Shown here piece after piece: positions 36,025 through 39,537 of a stretch of DNA of 39,537 nucleotides. This DNA is from Gemmatimonadota bacterium. Its GTDB lineage: Bacteria > Gemmatimonadota > Gemmatimonadetes > Gemmatimonadales > GWC2-71-9. The stretch is from contig CP070792.1 in NCBI GenBank assembly GCA_020346845.1, positions 2,939,155 to 2,978,691 of the forward strand, in the 5' to 3' direction. The translations under genes were made by a program, and so were the position numbers. Below the pieces are notes generated by a model. The model searched no databases. It was not told where the DNA came from and worked only from the letters and a program-made list of their open reading frames with translations. Position 1 is the first letter of the stretch, and each line of letters starts with the position of its first letter.

Positions 36025-37028
36025 TTCTTGTCGCTCTCCCTGAATGCGTCCGTGAATGCTGCTGCAGCCCGTTTTACTGCGTCTGCCACGTCGCCCACCG
36101 TCTCCTTGGCGCTCTTGGCGTAGTGGGTTGCGGCTTCGCCCACATCCTCCACCACCGACCTCTTCTTCTCCTCCTCACCCCGATGAGTGTACTCGCCCTG
36201 GACAATCTTATCATAGGAGCCGTCGCTGATCCACTTCTGAAGTTCTGCCGCACGCAACGTGTTGAATGGGTGGGTGAGGCTGAGCGTGTTCAGGATCTTA
36301 TAGACCTTGTCCATCGGACCACCCATCGTATCGTACTCTCGTGCCTGCTCCATGAAGGCATCCAGATCAGTTTCCGCCGCTGTGCCACCGCCGGCGAGCT
36401 TGAGAAACACCCTCATCGATGCCACAGGATCCTGCGTGGCCAGCAAACCAGCCCGATCAGACGAGAGTTCGGCCTTGCGAGACCACTCGAGCAGAGCGAG
36501 CTGAATCGGCAGCAGCGCGACCCCGGCCAAGAACGGGAGGTTGTTGAAGCCGAACATGAGCAGGATGAACAACACCGTTCGGTACAAAGCGTGGCCGCTC
36601 ATCACATGACCCAATTCGTGGCCGATCAGGACGCGCAGTTCATCCTCGTCCAGCAAGGTTACCGCTCCTGAATTGAGCGTGATGAACGGATGGTCCATCC
36701 CAACTGCGCCAGCGTTGACGAATGGAGTCTGGGTCACGTACAACTCCGGCTGCTCATGCCAGTCCATGGTGGTAGTGACCTCTGTCAGGAGACCGTGCAG
36801 CTGGGGGAACTGCTTGGGTCCCACTCGGACAGCGTTGGCTTGAAACAGGAGCCGGATGCCGCGCTCGCCAAAGAACCCGAAAATGCGCCGTACGACCTCG
36901 TCGAAGCCGGGGATCGCTCTGAGCGTCTGGAGAGCCGCCCGATCGGCTGGATGCTCCCATGCTGTTGCCGAGATATTCGTCAGGACCACCCTCGACCGCT
37001 CGGTCGGAACGCCTGCGTCTGCACTCAT
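36021..37028 (-). CDS. M48-family zinc metallopeptidase
   Basis: 335-aa ORF with GGAGG 5 nt upstream. It has the HExxH motif in LIGHELGHVMSGH, followed by hydrophobic helices and a charged C-terminal tail. Confidence 0.88.
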   Translation of the reverse strand: MSADAGVPTERSRVVLTNISATAWEHPADRAALQTLRAIPGFDEVVRRIFGFFGERGIRLLFQANAVRVGPKQFPQLHGLLTEVTTTMDWHEQPELYVTQTPFVNAGAVGMDHPFITLNSGAVTLLDEDELRVLIGHELGHVMSGHALYRTVLFILLMFGFNNLPFLAGVALLPIQLALLEWSRKAELSSDRAGLLATQDPVASMRVFLKLAGGGTAAETDLDAFMEQAREYDTMGGPMDKVYKILNTLSLTHPFNTLRAAELQKWISDGSYDKIVQGEYTHRGEEEKKRSVVEDVGEAATHYAKSAKETVGDVADAVKRAAAAFTDAFRESDKK

Positions 37029-37084
37029 TGCTGCCTCCGAAGTTCTGAGAGTCCTAGCTAGGGACGTCTATCGCTGCTAAACCG

Positions 37085-37110
37085 TACGCTTCCCAACTTG
37101 CGGGGTTTCA
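37085..37110 (-). promoter_or_regulatory. Candidate ECF-type promoter of the M48-purD-fpg operon
   Basis: On the minus strand: TGAAAC (37110-37105), a 16-nt spacer, then CGTA (37088-37085), 56 nt upstream of the M48 ATG. It shares the same TGAAACCCC...CGTA layout as the site in front of the ECF sigma gene. Confidence 0.5.
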
Positions 37111-37119
37111 CACTGCGAC

Positions 37120-38298
37120 CTACGCTCCGGCGGCCCTCTGCAGGGCCTGGTCCAGGTCCCTCATAAGATCGTCTACATCCTCTATTCCAACGGATAACCG
37201 CACCAAGCCATCCGTGAGGTGCATCGCGTCCCGCAACTCCTGGGGAACGGAAGCGTGAGTCATCGATGCGGGGTGACCGATCAGGCTCTCCACCCCCCCC
37301 AAGGACTCCGCCAGTGCGAAGATCCGAGTGCTTTCAACCACTAGCCGCGCTCTCTCCAGCGAGCCCAACTCCATGGATATCATACCACCAAAACCCGACA
37401 TTTGGCGGCAGGCAAGCTCATGTTGGTCGTGGCTAGGGAGACCAGGATAATACACGTGCTCCACGGTTGGGTGGTCGACCAACCATGCGGCGATCGCGCG
37501 ACCCGATTTGTCGTGTTGGCTCATTCTGACTGGGAGCGTCTTGACGCCTCTCAAAGCGAGCCAGCAGTCGAGGGGTCCCGGCACCGCACCGGCTGAATTC
37601 TGAATGAATCCGAGTTGCTCCGCGAGGTCGTCCCGCACGGTAAGCACCGCCCCACCCACCATGTCACTGTGGCCGTTGATGTACTTGGTGGTGGAGTGCA
37701 CGACCACTTGGGCACCGAGGGCAATCGGCTGCTGGAAGCACGGGGTGGCGAACGTGTTGTCCACGACAAGGATCAGGCCGCGATCACGGGCCAGGTCACC
37801 TGCGGCAGCCAGATTTGTGAGGTGCATCATTGGATTGGTGGGAGTTTCGATGAATATCATCTTGGTGGCAGGTCGAACTGCTGCGGCCACGCGGTCGAGG
37901 TCTCGTGTATCCACGAACGTGAATTCGAGCCCAAGGCGATCGAATATGTGCGTCATTATCCGATGCGTGCCGCCGTAGACGTTCTCGCCACAAATCACAT
38001 GGTCGCCGGCAGAGAGAAGCTTCAACACAGCATCAGTCGCAGCCAAGCCGGATGCAAACGCAAAGCCGTGCGTGGCACCCTCCAGGGCTGCGAGATTTTG
38101 CTCCAAGGCATCTCTTGTCGGGTTACGGGTGCGGGCGTACTCGAAACCCTTGTGCTCGCCCAGTTTGGGTTGAACGTATGTCGAGGTCTGATAGACCGGT
38201 GTCATTATGGCGCCGGTCAGTTCATCCGGTTGCTGTCCTGCGTGCACTGCACGAGTGGCGAAGCCGGTATCTAGATCTTCTTGCTTAACACGTGTCAT
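37120..38298 (-). CDS. Cys/Met-metabolism PLP-dependent enzyme (cystathionine gamma-synthase / gamma-lyase family)
   Basis: 392-aa ORF. The PLP-lysine motif is HSTTKYINGHSD. The family N-terminus is FATRAVHAGQ. VDNTFATP is also present. Confidence 0.9.
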   Translation of the reverse strand: MTRVKQEDLDTGFATRAVHAGQQPDELTGAIMTPVYQTSTYVQPKLGEHKGFEYARTRNPTRDALEQNLAALEGATHGFAFASGLAATDAVLKLLSAGDHVICGENVYGGTHRIMTHIFDRLGLEFTFVDTRDLDRVAAAVRPATKMIFIETPTNPMMHLTNLAAAGDLARDRGLILVVDNTFATPCFQQPIALGAQVVVHSTTKYINGHSDMVGGAVLTVRDDLAEQLGFIQNSAGAVPGPLDCWLALRGVKTLPVRMSQHDKSGRAIAAWLVDHPTVEHVYYPGLPSHDQHELACRQMSGFGGMISMELGSLERARLVVESTRIFALAESLGGVESLIGHPASMTHASVPQELRDAMHLTDGLVRLSVGIEDVDDLMRDLDQALQRAAGA

Positions 38299-38402
38299 GT
38301 GTAGTCGATGGAAGAAACTCGTGCGGGAACGTAACGCCCGTGCTGTACAAACGGAAGCGATTGTCTTGTGGTCATTAGCAGCTCAAGCTACGTTCACAAA
38401 CT

Positions 38403-39512
38403 ATGACGGAACCAGTCGTTAGCGACGAACGCATCACCTGCTTGGTGGTGGATGACGAGCCTCAGCTCCGCGATGCCTTGCGTCGTGTGCTGGAGCTGTC
38501 TGGCTACGACGTCTTGGTCGCCGCTTCGGGTGTAGAGGCGCTTCAGGTCTTGGAAGGCACTCAGGTGCCCCTGGTGATATCCGACATCCGCATGCCCGAA
38601 ATGGACGGCTTCACCCTGCTGCGCCGCATCCGGGAGAAATGGCCCGAAGTTGCCGTGGTAATGGTAACGGCGGTAACTGAGGTAGACGTAGCGGTGGCGT
38701 GCCTCAAACTTGGTGCCCTCGACTACATCCTGAAGCCCTTCCAGGTCGAGGAGGTAGAGGCACGAGCCGAACAGGCGTTGGACAAGCGGCGGCTACTGCG
38801 GGAAAACAAACGCTATCAGGCTCACCTCGCTGATCTGGTGGACCAACAAGCACGTCGCATTGAAGAACTGTTTCTGGAAGGCGTGCAGACTCTGGTGGAA
38901 GCCCTCGAGGCTAAGGATGCCTACACCAGGGGCCACTCGTCCCGCGTGGCCATCTATTCGGGAGCCATCGCCAGGACCCTGGGGATGAATGAGACGGAAG
39001 TCCGACTTGTGGAGCTGGGTTCCGAGCTGCACGATGTCGGCAAGATAGGCGTACGTGAGGCCATACTGCAGAAGCCCGGCAAACTAGAGCCTCACGAGTA
39101 CGAGCATTTGATGGAGCACACTGTGATCGGGGCGCGCATTCTCGATCCGTTGCTGAAGAATGCGCCGGAGGTGATCTCGGTGGTTCGGTCACACCACGAG
39201 CGGCTCGATGGAAGCGGGCTTCCAGATGGGCTCAGCGGAGACGCCCTCCCGATGCATACCAGGATAGTCACTGTTGCTGATTCCTTCGATGCGATGACGT
39301 CCGCGCGTCCATATCGCCCGGCGATGGATGCCTCAGAGGCGATTGCCGAACTGCACCGCTGCACTGGCAGTCAGTTCGACCCCGATGCCGTCATGGCATT
39401 CCTGAGGACCTATCCGGATGAGCAGAAGCTGCCGATCACCACACCGCGCACTGTCCATCGCACTTTGCCTGAAGGTGTAGCGACTGGCGTGTGGTCTATC
39501 TCCTCCGATTGA
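38403..39512 (+). CDS. Response regulator with HD-GYP-type phosphodiesterase output domain
   Basis: 369-aa ORF. The receiver domain has VVDDEP... and VISDIRMPEMDG. The HD-GYP domain has ELHDVGK and HHERLDGSGLPDGL. Confidence 0.9.
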   Translation: MTEPVVSDERITCLVVDDEPQLRDALRRVLELSGYDVLVAASGVEALQVLEGTQVPLVISDIRMPEMDGFTLLRRIREKWPEVAVVMVTAVTEVDVAVACLKLGALDYILKPFQVEEVEARAEQALDKRRLLRENKRYQAHLADLVDQQARRIEELFLEGVQTLVEALEAKDAYTRGHSSRVAIYSGAIARTLGMNETEVRLVELGSELHDVGKIGVREAILQKPGKLEPHEYEHLMEHTVIGARILDPLLKNAPEVISVVRSHHERLDGSGLPDGLSGDALPMHTRIVTVADSFDAMTSARPYRPAMDASEAIAELHRCTGSQFDPDAVMAFLRTYPDEQKLPITTPRTVHRTLPEGVATGVWSISSD

Positions 39513-39537
39513 ACTTTCAAAACGGTCTATTGAGTCT

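Noticed and set aside
38299-38402. A SAM riboswitch or T-box upstream of the cystathionine gamma-synthase-like gene. A purine riboswitch upstream of guaB (21165-21268) was also considered.
   Set aside because: The spacers are about 100 nt and lack the conserved cores of these RNA classes as far as I can recall them.

Overview
Gene-dense, GC-rich (by eye) chromosomal segment with about 36 protein genes. I found no rRNA or tRNA genes, CRISPR arrays, transposases, integrases, phage genes or recognisable defence genes.

The content is core maintenance and energy metabolism:
- ligA-polX (translationally coupled)
- etfB-etfA plus ETF:quinone oxidoreductase
- a Na+:solute symporter divergent from a biotin-protein ligase
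- oadGAB (Na+-pumping oxaloacetate decarboxylase) plus NAD-malic enzyme
- a queD-mobA-moeA-racemase operon
- an outer-membrane beta-barrel protein
- an SH3b-repeat secreted protein plus a small acidic protein
- guaB, an alanine/glycine:cation symporter, nrnA and mrp
- an orphan ECF sigma factor
- a tightly overlapping ubiE-ubiD-ubiA-ubiX-metallophosphoesterase operon
- a Ca2+/Na+ antiporter
- a half-size UvrC paralogue, fpg, purD and an M48 protease
- a Cys/Met PLP enzyme
- an HD-GYP response regulator

I do not see a clear-cut novel multi-gene system such as a defence island or biosynthetic cluster, and I say so rather than force one. The best leads are:
1. An ECF-type promoter signature (TGAAACCCC-N-CGTA) occurs exactly twice. 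One copy is in front of the ECF sigma gene and one is in front of the M48-purD-fpg-(half-uvrC) operon 10 kb away. This suggests a stress sigma wired to DNA-damage repair, and the sigma has no anti-sigma gene next to it.
2. A YfcE-type metallophosphoesterase is translationally coupled to ubiX. It is a candidate supplier of the dimethylallyl-monophosphate substrate.
3. A UvrC N-terminal-half paralogue sits next to fpg.
4. A biotin ligase with an insertion in its biotin-binding loop sits beside an OadA whose biotinylation motif reads AMKA rather than AMKM.

All functional calls rest on motif recognition in the translated ORFs. No database search was run.
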